A stretch of DNA of 64,000 nt from a virus: the IMG/VR virus record IMGVR_UViG_3300025570_000007. One strand, written 5' to 3'. The notes under the pieces were generated by a model. That model did no database searches, was not told where the DNA came from, and saw nothing but the letters and a program-made list of their open reading frames with translations. Of this stretch, positions 22,162 to 32,246 are shown piece by piece. Position 1 is the stretch's first letter. Each line of letters opens with the position of its first letter. Position numbers and translations under genes: made by a program.

Positions 22162-22374
22162 TTATTTTTTATCTTGTACTCCGAATTTGGAATACTTATA
22201 CCAAACTCTTTCGTGGATGTAATATAAGAACATTTTTGTGATAATCTCTACTCCCCCAATAGAAATTCCTAGTGCCCAACTTCCTGTAAGTATTGCAGAA
22301 ATAACCATTGTATCAATAGTTCCTACTACTCTCCAAGTTAATGTCTTCAGTATATGTCTTTTAGTCTCTACCAT
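22162..22374 (-). CDS. DUF2061 membrane protein
   Basis: RHILKTLTWRVVGTIDT...LYYIHERVW. Confidence 0.85.
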   Translation of the reverse strand: MVETKRHILKTLTWRVVGTIDTMVISAILTGSWALGISIGGVEIITKMFLYYIHERVWYKYSKFGVQDKK

Positions 22375-22840
22375 TTCCTATAAAAGTCCTAACAGCACTC
22401 CAAATCTCTCTTCCTGAATCCATAGGAGTAGTTGCTGTGGTGTCTACTAAGTGAAAATCCACTAAAGGCGGTTCGTAGTTATCTAACTTATAATGATCTC
22501 TTTCCCTAACACTATCCGTATGTATGTAAAACTCTATAAGATCTCCATTCAACTTCTTCTTAAAAGTTTCTCTTTGAAATTTGTAAGGAGATACGAGAGA
22601 GACTATTACGGTCTTTTTTTGGTTGTGCAGGTAATGTGCTATTTTCTGAGCTGTTTTTATGTTCTCTAATCGTCCTTTTCTTGTATAGTCTTGATTCTCT
22701 GTAAGGGCTCTAAGATCGTCTCCGTCTATTCTGAAAGCCCAAGGCAGATACATATCTTGCAATGCATCTGCTAATGTTGTCTTTCCTGCTCCAGGCTGCC
22801 CTGTTAACCAAATTATCATACTACTTCTCCGGTTCGTCAA
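22361..22840 (-). CDS. cysC: adenylyl-sulfate kinase
   Basis: IWLTGQPGAGKTT, DGDDLR, VSLVSPY, YEPP. Confidence 0.88.
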   Translation of the reverse strand: MTNRRSSMIIWLTGQPGAGKTTLADALQDMYLPWAFRIDGDDLRALTENQDYTRKGRLENIKTAQKIAHYLHNQKKTVIVSLVSPYKFQRETFKKKLNGDLIEFYIHTDSVRERDHYKLDNYEPPLVDFHLVDTTATTPMDSGREIWSAVRTFIGNGRD

Positions 22841-23273
22841 ACATTCCTATATGTTCTGCAGCATCCATAAAGTCAGTTTGTTCAAAATGCTTTACATTCT
22901 TCATATCCATTTTATGAGTCTGGTCAGATGACATCTGTACATCTCCTTCTTGCATAGGGATTGCTTTAACAGCAGCCCAACGCCAATCCTTATTAGAGGT
23001 TCCGTCTAAGAATACCATTCCCTTCTCAGGAATAGTTAACGTAGCAGGTAACCAAACAAGTCCTTGCTTATCTTTATACTTTATATCCTTATAAAGTTCA
23101 GGAGCTGTTTTGTAGGCATTTACTACTATCTCACTCTTCTCTTTCATCAGGTTACTAGTTGTAAATCCACATCCCCAGCACAACCATGTTGTTACCTCAT
23201 CGTTAATTTGCTGTTGATAACAGGCATTTCCGTTACATCTTGTACATGTCACTAAGGTATCTCTATGTTCCAT
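22821..23273 (-). CDS. zinc-ribbon hypothetical protein
   Basis: CTRC...CWGC. Confidence 0.65.
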   Translation of the reverse strand: MEHRDTLVTCTRCNGNACYQQQINDEVTTWLCWGCGFTTSNLMKEKSEIVVNAYKTAPELYKDIKYKDKQGLVWLPATLTIPEKGMVFLDGTSNKDWRWAAVKAIPMQEGDVQMSSDQTHKMDMKNVKHFEQTDFMDAAEHIGMFDEPEK

Positions 23274-23276
23274 TTT

Positions 23277-24572
23277 TTATATTTTTTTAAGTTTCGGAAG
23301 TGTTAGTTTAGGTAAATCTAATGGCGGTAGAGCTAAATTTACCTCTTGAGCAAACTTGGGAACATTTGTGTCTAATATGGTTTTTAATGTGTCAACCATC
23401 TTTTCATAACTAAACTCTGTTCTGCTCTTATGCCCTTGTCTTTTTGCTAAAGTTGCCCACTTTTTATAATTAGTGTGAACGTCTTTTAAGGCCTTTCCCG
23501 TATCCGCAGCATCAGGCGTAAACCATTCTGCCTGCTCTATAATAATCTCTTTTACTAAGACGGACTTGTGCACTGGTTTTAATACTCCTTTAACAGGTCT
23601 TATAAACTCACTACTTAGAAAGTCTGTCTGCCCTGACCAGTACGAAGCTATAATCGGCTTATTAACTAAGCTGAATTCTAAGAACGGTCTTCCAAACCCT
23701 TCTCCTTTAGGTAATGAAAGAAAAGCTTTAATCTTTGGATGATTATAAAGTGAATTCATCTCTTTATCTGATACCTCTCCATGAAGTAGGTAGACATTAG
23801 GCAGTTTACCTTTTACAGTCTTTCTTACTGCTTCTATCTGTTCCAATATCCTATTTCTATCTAAGGTAGAGGTTGTTACACTATGACTTTTCATAACAAG
23901 TGCTGGTGGATTCTTTTTATTCTTAAAAGTCTCTAAGAATGCCTTTAAGGTGAATCCCATATTCTTTCTATCTTCTCCAAAAGCACCTTGCATCCAATGT
24001 CCTGTTGTAAGGTAGCAGAATGACTCTGGTATTTTATCTAGGGTTTCTGTTACGTCGGTCTTTTCTTTACTTACTATGTATTTTGTAAGATCTGCACCTT
24101 CGAATAAAACCTCCATTTTGGTTTTGATCTCAATATTCTCTACATGTTGTTTTGTTTTTGGATCTGTTAAGTCAAACTTACTTCTCTGAAAAGATTCTAA
24201 TGCATGTTTTGAAGATACCAACATTAGGTTCATGTTATTAGCTCCTTTGATCCAAGAAGGATCACATAGAGTTGTTTCAATTCCTGCAGTAACTCCTATA
24301 TTATACTTACCTACCGCTTTAAATTCGTTAGGAATAGTGATTTGAATCCATACTTCAGGTTGGTCTGCCATATTGCGAATGATTCTTGATGAAAGTTCAG
24401 TATCGTTATGATCTTTTAAATACCCCCATCTAGTCTCTCCCCATCTTTGAGGTAGTATCTTTACATCGTATTCGTTTGTATCAATCAATGCTTGTACAAA
24501 GTCTCTTGATCTTGCTCCGTAACCTGAGTATGTGTCTATTGGACAGCTTACTACAACTTTTGCTTTACTCAT
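23277..24572 (-). CDS. GT4-family glycosyltransferase
   Basis: SGYG, RKN, GEGFGRPFLE. Confidence 0.85.
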   Translation of the reverse strand: MSKAKVVVSCPIDTYSGYGARSRDFVQALIDTNEYDVKILPQRWGETRWGYLKDHNDTELSSRIIRNMADQPEVWIQITIPNEFKAVGKYNIGVTAGIETTLCDPSWIKGANNMNLMLVSSKHALESFQRSKFDLTDPKTKQHVENIEIKTKMEVLFEGADLTKYIVSKEKTDVTETLDKIPESFCYLTTGHWMQGAFGEDRKNMGFTLKAFLETFKNKKNPPALVMKSHSVTTSTLDRNRILEQIEAVRKTVKGKLPNVYLLHGEVSDKEMNSLYNHPKIKAFLSLPKGEGFGRPFLEFSLVNKPIIASYWSGQTDFLSSEFIRPVKGVLKPVHKSVLVKEIIIEQAEWFTPDAADTGKALKDVHTNYKKWATLAKRQGHKSRTEFSYEKMVDTLKTILDTNVPKFAQEVNLALPPLDLPKLTLPKLKKI

Positions 24573-24573
24573 A

Positions 24574-26025
24574 TTAGTAGTTTATTAATTTGTGTGTTAT
24601 TTTATTATCTTTCTTAAATTCTCCAATTGTATAAAGTTCAAAAGATTTTCTTGGTACGAATTCATCGAAACCTTTATCTAAAGTCTCTATAACATTTTGA
24701 CCCATCTTACGTGCTGTCATTCTAGCTTCATCTCCTCTTACCCATTCATGACCTGCAAAACCTCTCTCATCTCTCTCTGTTTTTGAAAGTGAGTATACTT
24801 CAAAGATCTTATCTGCTGCATCCTTAGGTGAGCATCTATCGTCAAATATGTAAGGTGTTATTGGTGATCCTGCTAATGAAATATTAGAAGGGAATACAGG
24901 CACCGCCCACTCCCCACAATCTTTTAACGTTCCTCTATGGTTAGAAGGAAAATCAGGTGTAAGGTTTGCCCAAGCTCCGTCTTTGTCTGTAAATCTCATC
25001 TGATCTTGCATACCTCCTGTAACATTTGCAATGATCATTGTACCTGCCATAAGAGATTCTGTTAATGCTAATCCCCATCCTTCGTTAGAAGATAGTAAGA
25101 TTGTAGCATCTGCTATATTGTACAGTACATTAAGTTGAGCTGTTTCGACTTTCTCTGTTGAAAAAGCTACATGTACATAATCCGGATCACAAATAGCATC
25201 TCTCACTGCTCTAAGGTCTGTACCATGTTGATCAACTCCGTCTGTATGAAGTATGAAAGTACATTTCTTAGCTTTCTCTTTACCTATCCTATCACAAAAC
25301 ATTTTATAAGCGAAGATTGTATCAGCTGTATGCTTTCTACTAATATTTCTAGAGTTATAAAAGAGTACGAATTCAGAACCTTTTTTATTTAGAAGAGTTT
25401 TTTTGACTTCTTCTAATTTCATAAAATCTTCATGACCTTGTTTTATAGGGTAGTAGTGTTTTTCGTTTATACCATGAGGTACATACTCTATAATCTTATT
25501 CTTAGCTTTATCCCCTAACACTATTTCATTTATGTTCTTAGTCTGTTTTGAGATAGCCATCAATACATCTACAGATTCATAGTAAGGTTTGTTGTACATA
25601 GGTGCTGGATAGTCATCCCATATATTTAACCAAAAGATTGGAATTTTACTTCTGATTTCTCTCTCTATTTCGAAAAGCCATAACCAATACCTAGGGTCTG
25701 TAAATATCATTAAAGCATCTGGTTTCTCAACCTCGATAAGCTCTCTTAATATTTTTACATTACCGTATCCTGTATACGGCACTAACCTAACATAGGCATC
25801 GTCTATATCTGTTTCCTTATTTACTTGTTGAGACAGATCAAGTACTTTACCCTCTTCAGGATGTTTTACTGCTGCTCCTAAGTTTACCCAGTTAAAGTGG
25901 TGTGCTGTTCCAAGCACTATCTCTTTACCCATTGTACCTACTCCTGAATGCATTCTAATGTCATCGCACAGTAATAGTATTTTTTTACGTTTAGCTTGTT
26001 CTATGTAACGAAACTTATCCTTCAT
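24574..26025 (-). CDS. GT4-family glycosyltransferase
   Basis: VPHGI, RNISRK, EGWGLALTESLMAG. Confidence 0.88.
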   Translation of the reverse strand: MKDKFRYIEQAKRKKILLLCDDIRMHSGVGTMGKEIVLGTAHHFNWVNLGAAVKHPEEGKVLDLSQQVNKETDIDDAYVRLVPYTGYGNVKILRELIEVEKPDALMIFTDPRYWLWLFEIEREIRSKIPIFWLNIWDDYPAPMYNKPYYESVDVLMAISKQTKNINEIVLGDKAKNKIIEYVPHGINEKHYYPIKQGHEDFMKLEEVKKTLLNKKGSEFVLFYNSRNISRKHTADTIFAYKMFCDRIGKEKAKKCTFILHTDGVDQHGTDLRAVRDAICDPDYVHVAFSTEKVETAQLNVLYNIADATILLSSNEGWGLALTESLMAGTMIIANVTGGMQDQMRFTDKDGAWANLTPDFPSNHRGTLKDCGEWAVPVFPSNISLAGSPITPYIFDDRCSPKDAADKIFEVYSLSKTERDERGFAGHEWVRGDEARMTARKMGQNVIETLDKGFDEFVPRKSFELYTIGEFKKDNKITHKLINY

Positions 26026-26244
26026 GTAACTGTATTATTTATGTTTGTGTATTTGTTCTCGAAAGTCCTTATTATTAATATAGAGATAAATTGCACGAGA
26101 GGCAAGTTTTTGAAAAGAAAAATTATTCTCTAATGCTTTTATTTGAAAATCTTTATAGCTTTCAGGGTCCACCATAACAGATGTCATTTTTTTATCTTTA
26201 TTTCTCATAACTATTTACCTTGTAGTATATACATATATACTTTT

Positions 26245-27183
26245 TTAGAAATCAGCATCAGGACACAGCCTTTTTTTCTTTAATTCACAGAATCTACATG
26301 CATCCTTAGAGGGAGTTGTAGCATACTCCTGGCGTATGTACTGTCCATCCTCTCCTACTGCCTGTTTTACAAAATTTTCCAATAACGTAACTGCTTGCTT
26401 CATCTTTCTAGGTCCTGCTGGTGGTTTAAATTCCTGAACTCTTTTTTGCATTGAAGCAAACTCAGCATCTTTAGGAACCTGTCGTTTAACTATAAAATAC
26501 ATTACCTCTATATCATCAAGAGGAATGTTAAACTGTTCACTGAAGTAGTATTTGTATAGGAGTATTTGTGCTTTCTTATTGTCGTCTGCTTTTTGAAATT
26601 TATTCCAGCCCTTCGTGGAAGTCTTAATATCTACGATAAGCCACTTATTTACTCTTTCATCGTAGAATACCAAATCTATCTTACCTTTGAAGAATACTTT
26701 AGGGCGTAACTCCCTGTACAGGACTGTCTCTATCCCAGCCAAATACACTCCCTTAGTAGTAAAGTATGCTGCTCTCTTTTTCTGTATAAAATCCAAGATA
26801 TGCTTACCGTCTAAAAAGAACTTTTGCACCTCATCTGCATCAGAAAAGTCTTCAAAATTATTTCTTTTTCTATCTTTGACGTAAGCGTTTACCATATTCT
26901 CATATAGTAGAGCATCAAGTTCCATCTCATTAGCATCCTTAACTTTGTGATAGTATAACACCTCTAACCATGTTTGTATGGTCTCATGTATTGCTGTTCC
27001 AAAAGTCATATGGATAGACGGTAAGGTAGGTATTTCTTTTGTAAGGTGTAAAGCTTCCCACTGTCTTGGGCAAGTAGCATAGTGAACTAATCCACTGTAG
27101 GAAATATGTGTATTCTCTTCGTAATTTTGCTTTACGCTATAGTCCCAGACTTCTTTTACTTTCTCAGGTATCTTCTTAGGCAT
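26245..27183 (-). CDS. PD-(D/E)XK exonuclease (RecB/Cas4-like, PDDEXK_1)
   Basis: CPR, FGTAIHE, GKIDL, DIKTS, QILLY, CRFC..C. Confidence 0.85.
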   Translation of the reverse strand: MPKKIPEKVKEVWDYSVKQNYEENTHISYSGLVHYATCPRQWEALHLTKEIPTLPSIHMTFGTAIHETIQTWLEVLYYHKVKDANEMELDALLYENMVNAYVKDRKRNNFEDFSDADEVQKFFLDGKHILDFIQKKRAAYFTTKGVYLAGIETVLYRELRPKVFFKGKIDLVFYDERVNKWLIVDIKTSTKGWNKFQKADDNKKAQILLYKYYFSEQFNIPLDDIEVMYFIVKRQVPKDAEFASMQKRVQEFKPPAGPRKMKQAVTLLENFVKQAVGEDGQYIRQEYATTPSKDACRFCELKKKRLCPDADF

Positions 27184-27433
27184 AGCTTTCCTGATTTTTA
27201 ATCTCTCTCTCTAAATACCATAAAGCTTTTTTCAGGTCCTGTACAGTGTTACTCTTTTTTCCTGCTCTAGAAATGTACTTAACTGTATTTCCTAGACAGA
27301 AACCTAATTCCCAGGCTTCTATAACTTCTATGGCCTCGTAGGGATTACCTTCTCCTCCGTAATGGCTAGGATGATCAACCCATTCTTTCTCAGGCTTTCC
27401 ACTGTCCCCGTATACCTCACTATTTTTTGTCAT
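27176..27433 (-). CDS. DUF3310 protein
   Basis: VDHPSHY, GNTVKYISRAGKK, DLKKALWYL. Confidence 0.9.
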   Translation of the reverse strand: MTKNSEVYGDSGKPEKEWVDHPSHYGGEGNPYEAIEVIEAWELGFCLGNTVKYISRAGKKSNTVQDLKKALWYLEREIKNQESYA

Positions 27434-27457
27434 ATATATAATATAGGAAATTATTCC

Positions 27458-28633
27458 TTACGACATATACACTATTTTGTTTTTTTCTGGGTGAATGCTG
27501 TTTGGTATCCAGTCTGTAGTACCATCTTCAAACTCTACCTTAGTTCGGTAGTGTCCTTTCTCTATAACTTTCTTAATCCTCTTACCTTGCTTCTGTGTGT
27601 CTGCTAGGTGCAGGGTGTCTTTATAACTCTTCATAGCCTCTACCAACGCTTCATTTGGAGGTTCAGGATTTTCAATACCATCAAGTAATGCTTCCGTATC
27701 CACCTCTGTTAGAACTAACTTTTCGTACTGCTCTCTTACTTTAGGGTCACCATGTTCAGCTAACCATTCACCAATTACGTTATTTTCCGGAAACTTGGGA
27801 CTCTCTTTGGACTTAGGTTCTTCTTTCGGAGCTTTAAGCCTATCAAAAGCAAAATTTGCTGCTATAACCAATGCTATAGCCAATGGATCAAATACAAAAA
27901 TAATAACAAGGAGTAGCCAGTTAATAATATTACTCATTGGTGCACCGGTAACCTCTGCAAGATACCTTAATGGGCCTAATTCCCCTGAAAGGTTGTTAGA
28001 CGTCTTCACTTCAACGATCTCAGTATCTAACCTAAATATCCTACTGTTAAGAGTGTCTAGTTTTACAATTACCTCCTCTTGTCTGGTTGTTGAATTATTT
28101 AACTGTTTTTCAAATGCTTGTCGTGTAGCTCTTGATGTTGTGTTAACCAGGTTACCGTTCTTATCGGTATAAGTTATCCTATTACCTGCAAGGCCTGCTT
28201 GTAGTTCTGAGATTCCTTTGCTTAGTGTACCTCTCTCTGTGTTGTACAGATCTCTTTGCTGTATGTAGTTAGCTTTCTTTGTCTCTAGTAATTCAATCTG
28301 CGTATCTACATTTTGAGACTTATTAGCTGTTTCTTGGTATGCTGCTGATAGGTATCCGTAAATCCCCATAGAGGTTATAAGCATTAACACTAATAAAGCT
28401 CCTACAAAATAAGTCTTAAACCACCTATTTAATTCTTTCCAGTACTGGTACAGTAGAGATGCTACGATAAGCTTAGCTACCTCTAAACTACCTGCCATAA
28501 TCATTACCTGTGTTTCTGCTCCTGCAAATAGCTTACTTAGTCCCGAGACTGAGTATATTGCTGCTGATGCACTTACTGATAAGGCTGTGACTGCTATAAG
28601 GAAAGGGAAAAATTGCTTCTTTAAGTTCTTCAT
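27458..28633 (-). CDS. multi-pass membrane protein with coiled coil
   Basis: three N-terminal TM helices, coiled coil, IIFVFDPLAI TM. Confidence 0.75.
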   Translation of the reverse strand: MKNLKKQFFPFLIAVTALSVSASAAIYSVSGLSKLFAGAETQVMIMAGSLEVAKLIVASLLYQYWKELNRWFKTYFVGALLVLMLITSMGIYGYLSAAYQETANKSQNVDTQIELLETKKANYIQQRDLYNTERGTLSKGISELQAGLAGNRITYTDKNGNLVNTTSRATRQAFEKQLNNSTTRQEEVIVKLDTLNSRIFRLDTEIVEVKTSNNLSGELGPLRYLAEVTGAPMSNIINWLLLVIIFVFDPLAIALVIAANFAFDRLKAPKEEPKSKESPKFPENNVIGEWLAEHGDPKVREQYEKLVLTEVDTEALLDGIENPEPPNEALVEAMKSYKDTLHLADTQKQGKRIKKVIEKGHYRTKVEFEDGTTDWIPNSIHPEKNKIVYMS

Positions 28634-28636
28634 AAA

Positions 28637-29038
28637 TTACTGTATTGCTAAAAAGAGCCCTCCTATCAAGGCTCCTACTGAAACTGTCTTCCACAGTACA
28701 ACTTTCGTTTTTAACTTTTTTGTATCCTTTATAAGGCTTTTAGATAAGTCACTTGAAGTATTTATTTGCTGACTTTGTAGTAGTATGATTGACTGGTTAT
28801 TAAAGTCTTTACTCTCTAGTAATTTTACAATCTTATCCTTCTCAATCTCTCTAGTCTCTACCTTAAGTAACTTCTCCATAGTAAGTTGAAGCTGTTCTGA
28901 ACATCCGTCTCCTTTTATAAGGTCCTTTATAATAAGTCTCGTAATGTCGGGCCTAAGTCTAATTGTTGTTGTATCTGTCTGCGAAGTAGCGTTGAAGGCT
29001 ATTAAGAGAAAGAGTATCAATGCTGCTAATTTTTTCAT
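28637..29038 (-). CDS. putative spanin-like secreted/membrane protein
   Basis: signal peptide, coiled coil, C-terminal TM; overlaps 28959..29303; lysis context. Confidence 0.45.
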   Translation of the reverse strand: MKKLAALILFLLIAFNATSQTDTTTIRLRPDITRLIIKDLIKGDGCSEQLQLTMEKLLKVETREIEKDKIVKLLESKDFNNQSIILLQSQQINTSSDLSKSLIKDTKKLKTKVVLWKTVSVGALIGGLFLAIQ

Positions 29039-29303
29039 CTGTCTGTCTTTTAATTACGTTAATGTTAGTATCTAATTTTGCAATATCATTAGAGATACTT
29101 GGGATGACGTTATCTTTAATGTCGTCAATCTTACCTATTAGTGCTATGTTTAACTGTGAGGTTGAATCTATCTCTACTTGAAGATTCTCAATAATGGCAT
29201 GATACTTTGCAATATCCGTTGTAACTGTTCTGGTGGTTATTATATTCCAGATAACTAAACTGCCGATAATAAGAAATAGTAAATCCTGTCTTGTAAGTTT
29301 CAT
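28959..29303 (-). CDS. putative inner-membrane spanin-like protein
   Basis: N-terminal TM plus coiled coil. Confidence 0.45.
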   Translation of the reverse strand: MKLTRQDLLFLIIGSLVIWNIITTRTVTTDIAKYHAIIENLQVEIDSTSQLNIALIGKIDDIKDNVIPSISNDIAKLDTNINVIKRQTDEKISSIDTLSLNSLQRYFADRYNNN

Positions 29304-29379
29304 ATGATCAGTTTAATATATAAATATAGGAAAAGGTTAGTAAACCACCAACCTTCCTTATGTTTTTTATTAAAGCCCC

Positions 29380-29787
29380 CTATTCCTTGTGTTTATCTAT
29401 ATTCTTTAACATATCCTGTAGGAAGTCTCTTTTAACAAATCCTGCCATAGTAGCATTTTTTAATATACTAACTATTTGAAAGACTAGGAAAGGAATTAAT
29501 ACTGTTTGACTTAGCCAAGATACTTCCATGTAGCTTTTCTCAACTGCTAGGAGAGTAGTAAGTAGTATAGTCCAGAAGATAAAAGTCTTAAGCACTTTTA
29601 TAGCCTTGTAGGTCTTGAACCCCTCTCTTATACACCCTGCCCAGATTCCGAAGAACCCGTCAACAAATATAACTAGCCCTAAAGCTATATATTCCTTAGA
29701 ATTCTCCACAGTTATCCCTAGGAAATATGATCCGATGAATGATAGCATAGTTGTAATAGTTAGTAAGTATATTAGCCCTGTTTTCAT
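29380..29787 (-). CDS. putative holin
   Basis: several TM helices, D..FGI and SILKN motifs; next to endolysin candidate. Confidence 0.6.
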   Translation of the reverse strand: MKTGLIYLLTITTMLSFIGSYFLGITVENSKEYIALGLVIFVDGFFGIWAGCIREGFKTYKAIKVLKTFIFWTILLTTLLAVEKSYMEVSWLSQTVLIPFLVFQIVSILKNATMAGFVKRDFLQDMLKNIDKHKE

Positions 29788-29814
29788 AATAACGGTTAAA
29801 TGTTTTCCTATTAG

Positions 29815-30288
29815 TTATACAGTATCAAAGTCTTTATATGTGATTGTAACCTCGTCCCCTCGTTCTAATGCTTTTGCAATTGGTGGATATATTCTCTTGT
29901 ATGCGTTTACTGATGATGAAATTACTCCGTCTTTAGTTACATTCTGGTTCTGTCCATCTCCAACAAGTAAACACCCAGCAGTATCTTCATCTGTATTCCC
30001 TACATGTATAAGGATATACTCAAATCCCGGTACATCCTGTACGTGTAGCATTCCTTTATGCATTGATCCGTACTTAGTCGTGTACTTATTATGAAAGCCT
30101 CCTACTTTACGAAACTTTATCTTATAGGTTCCGGCTGGGATGCGTGTTTCGCTATGTACTTTCTTTGATCTATACTCATCTTCAAGAGTGTAACATAGAA
30201 ATCTAGTTCCTTGAGTTACATCAAGCATTATACCTAAGGTAGAATCTTTTGCAGAACTGAACCTCAGCACTTCTAGTTTTAAAGTCAT
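29815..30288 (-). CDS. DUF5675-family putative endolysin (start MTLKLEV)
   Basis: CYTLED, RIPAGTY, ILIHVGN...DTAGCLLVG; start overlaps upstream stop (TAATG). Confidence 0.8.
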   Translation of the reverse strand: MTLKLEVLRFSSAKDSTLGIMLDVTQGTRFLCYTLEDEYRSKKVHSETRIPAGTYKIKFRKVGGFHNKYTTKYGSMHKGMLHVQDVPGFEYILIHVGNTDEDTAGCLLVGDGQNQNVTKDGVISSSVNAYKRIYPPIAKALERGDEVTITYKDFDTV

Positions 30289-30503
30289 TATATTTCTTTG
30301 TTTTGGTTTTTGTTGATGAAAGCTCTTATACCATCTAGTAAGGTATCTGGAGATAATAATAAGGTAATTCCTGATGCTATTGTTATTCCAAAAATCATTA
30401 ATTCTATATCCTCTTTTAGTAAAAGGTATGCTATTCCTGCTCCTATTAATAGAAGTCCTGCTAATGTAGATTTCCATGCCTTAAAGTTATTTAGGAGTTT
30501 CAT
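30288..30503 (-). CDS. small two-TM holin-like protein
   Basis: WKSTLAG plus two hydrophobic helices. Confidence 0.55.
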   Translation of the reverse strand: MKLLNNFKAWKSTLAGLLLIGAGIAYLLLKEDIELMIFGITIASGITLLLSPDTLLDGIRAFINKNQNKEI

Positions 30504-30531
30504 AGGTACGTCTTTATTATAAATAGCACAT

Positions 30532-30559
30532 AAAAAAAAGACCCTTTCGAGCCTCTCTT
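30532..30559 (-). terminator. intrinsic terminator
   Basis: AGAGGCUC-GAAA-GGGUCUUUUUUUU on minus strand. Confidence 0.7.
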
Positions 30560-31352
30560 CCTAATTAAAATAAAAAAAAATGTTTAACCTTAATGGTTTA
30601 GCACCCTCTTTCTTATTAGCTCCTAGCTCCATTGGTCTCTGCATCGTTACCACAGATTTAAACATTGGTGGCAGACTTGTACTATGGTTTACTAATAAGA
30701 GTAGGGTCACGTAGTAAGGGATAGGCGACCTTAAAATATCTTTTTAACTACTTGTTGAGAACTCATATGTGTTGTACTAAACGCATTATATATTAGTATG
30801 TTATGGTACATTCCTTTCTCAAGGGAACAACACATCCAGTATCACGACTGGTATCTTTATGTAAATTAACTTCTGTTTCGTTTTCAGCCGTTATAAATTA
30901 TGAAATACTAATAGCTGTAAAATGTTACTATTGTTCACATTCTACCTTAGTACCAAGTAATCCTTTTTTATTTAATTCACAAAGGTTTCAATGTTTAACC
31001 TTTACTTTCTATTTTATTACGAGTGAACTAGCACACTCTTTCTATCATATTACTAGTTGTTAATTTTTAGAATAGTATAATGTTCTGTTAGGATATAATT
31101 TGAACTATTATTGTGTCTTTATACTATCCTATGTATTTTAAAAAACTCTTTGCCCAATTCAGCTATGGGATATGTTTCAGTAGTACTAGCAACTTAATCT
31201 TTCCTACCCTACTTTATACATCTCCAATAAACACAACTGCTGATACAGTTTAATAACAAAGACTGGTGTGCTTAATGAGAGCCAGTAGAGGAGTGGATAC
31301 TTCTGTGCAATTGGGCTACATGTTATTGTTTATCTTCAATCAAAGAGTTTAA
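30560..31352 (-). ncRNA. candidate large structured non-coding RNA
   Basis: ~800 nt with no minus-strand ORF of 60 aa or more, many long-range helices, ends at a terminator. Confidence 0.5.
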
Positions 31353-31356
31353 TTAT

Positions 31357-31605
31357 TTAACCTAAGTCTTCAACCTCCTTAGGCATAAATTCAGTATTTA
31401 CGTGCCCGCAACTCATGCAGGCGAATACTGGAATTGGGATATAGGACGGTTTGCCCGTACCTGTCAGTATGCCCGAAGCTTTTCGAATATGTACTGCTTG
31501 TTGGAAGAAGTTCCCCCCGCATTCATCGCAGGTTACTCCTTTTGTTTGATTGATATCTAAGTTCATTTGTGGATCCATATTATGTGTCTTTTTTGTTAAT
31601 CGCAA
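31357..31605 (-). CDS. small zinc-ribbon protein
   Basis: CDEC...CMSC. Confidence 0.7.
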   Translation of the reverse strand: MRLTKKTHNMDPQMNLDINQTKGVTCDECGGNFFQQAVHIRKASGILTGTGKPSYIPIPVFACMSCGHVNTEFMPKEVEDLG

Positions 31606-31801
31606 GTTTTTCTTACTTTCATTTCATCTACAGCCATTGTATACACAACTCTAGGAGATAGTAGTGGGCAGTCTCTTGAATACTGTACCATAAGCTCTAC
31701 AAGCTCTTGAGGAATTTCATAAACCCTGCTAGGTGTGAAGCTTGTATTTGATATTCTACCCTCGGCCACGAGTTCTTCGTATTTTTTTATTGAGTCACTC
31801 A

Positions 31802-32077
31802 TTACCACTCTTTATTAACACCTTTCTTCACTCTAACAGGTTCGTATAGTTGATCCCCTGTTAATATAATAGGCACGACAATTGTCTCTACAAAAAGTAT
31901 GTCCAATACTATATTACCGATGTTAACCTTATATTCAATATTTTCGTTTTTTGAATCGCTATCAAACCATCCATAAGGTTCCACTGTTACTGTTTCTCCG
32001 TCTATTACGAAATCTTTACTGTCTGCACAACTTACAAATAAAGTTAATGCTAGTACTAGGTATGTTATTTTTTTCAT
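31802..32077 (-). CDS. putative lipoprotein
   Basis: MKK...FVSC lipobox. Confidence 0.7.
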   Translation of the reverse strand: MKKITYLVLALTLFVSCADSKDFVIDGETVTVEPYGWFDSDSKNENIEYKVNIGNIVLDILFVETIVVPIILTGDQLYEPVRVKKGVNKEW

Positions 32078-32192
32078 TTGACTTATTATATAATGTAAAT
32101 ATAGCGATTATTCTACAATTTTACAACTATTTTGGCTATTCTTCACAAGAAAACCCCGCCAAGTTATTGGAAGGGCCTTACTATGTTTGTTG

Positions 32193-32235
32193 AAAATGCG
32201 CGAGGCACCTTCGGTAGAGAGAGAACGCCCCCCCC
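32193..32235 (-). repeat. GC-rich ~43-bp element, copy 2
   Basis: aaaatgcgcgaggcaccttcggtagagagagaacgccccc. Confidence 0.75.
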
Positions 32236-32246
32236 CCTTGCTCTTT

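Noticed and set aside
30289-30477. N-terminal extension of the 29815..30477 ORF
   Set aside because: It overlaps the two-TM gene; the true start is likely Met at 30288 (TAATG coupling).
30560-31352. RNase P RNA or group I/II intron
   Set aside because: No GAGGAAAGUC/P4 signature and no recognisable intron core or interrupted gene.
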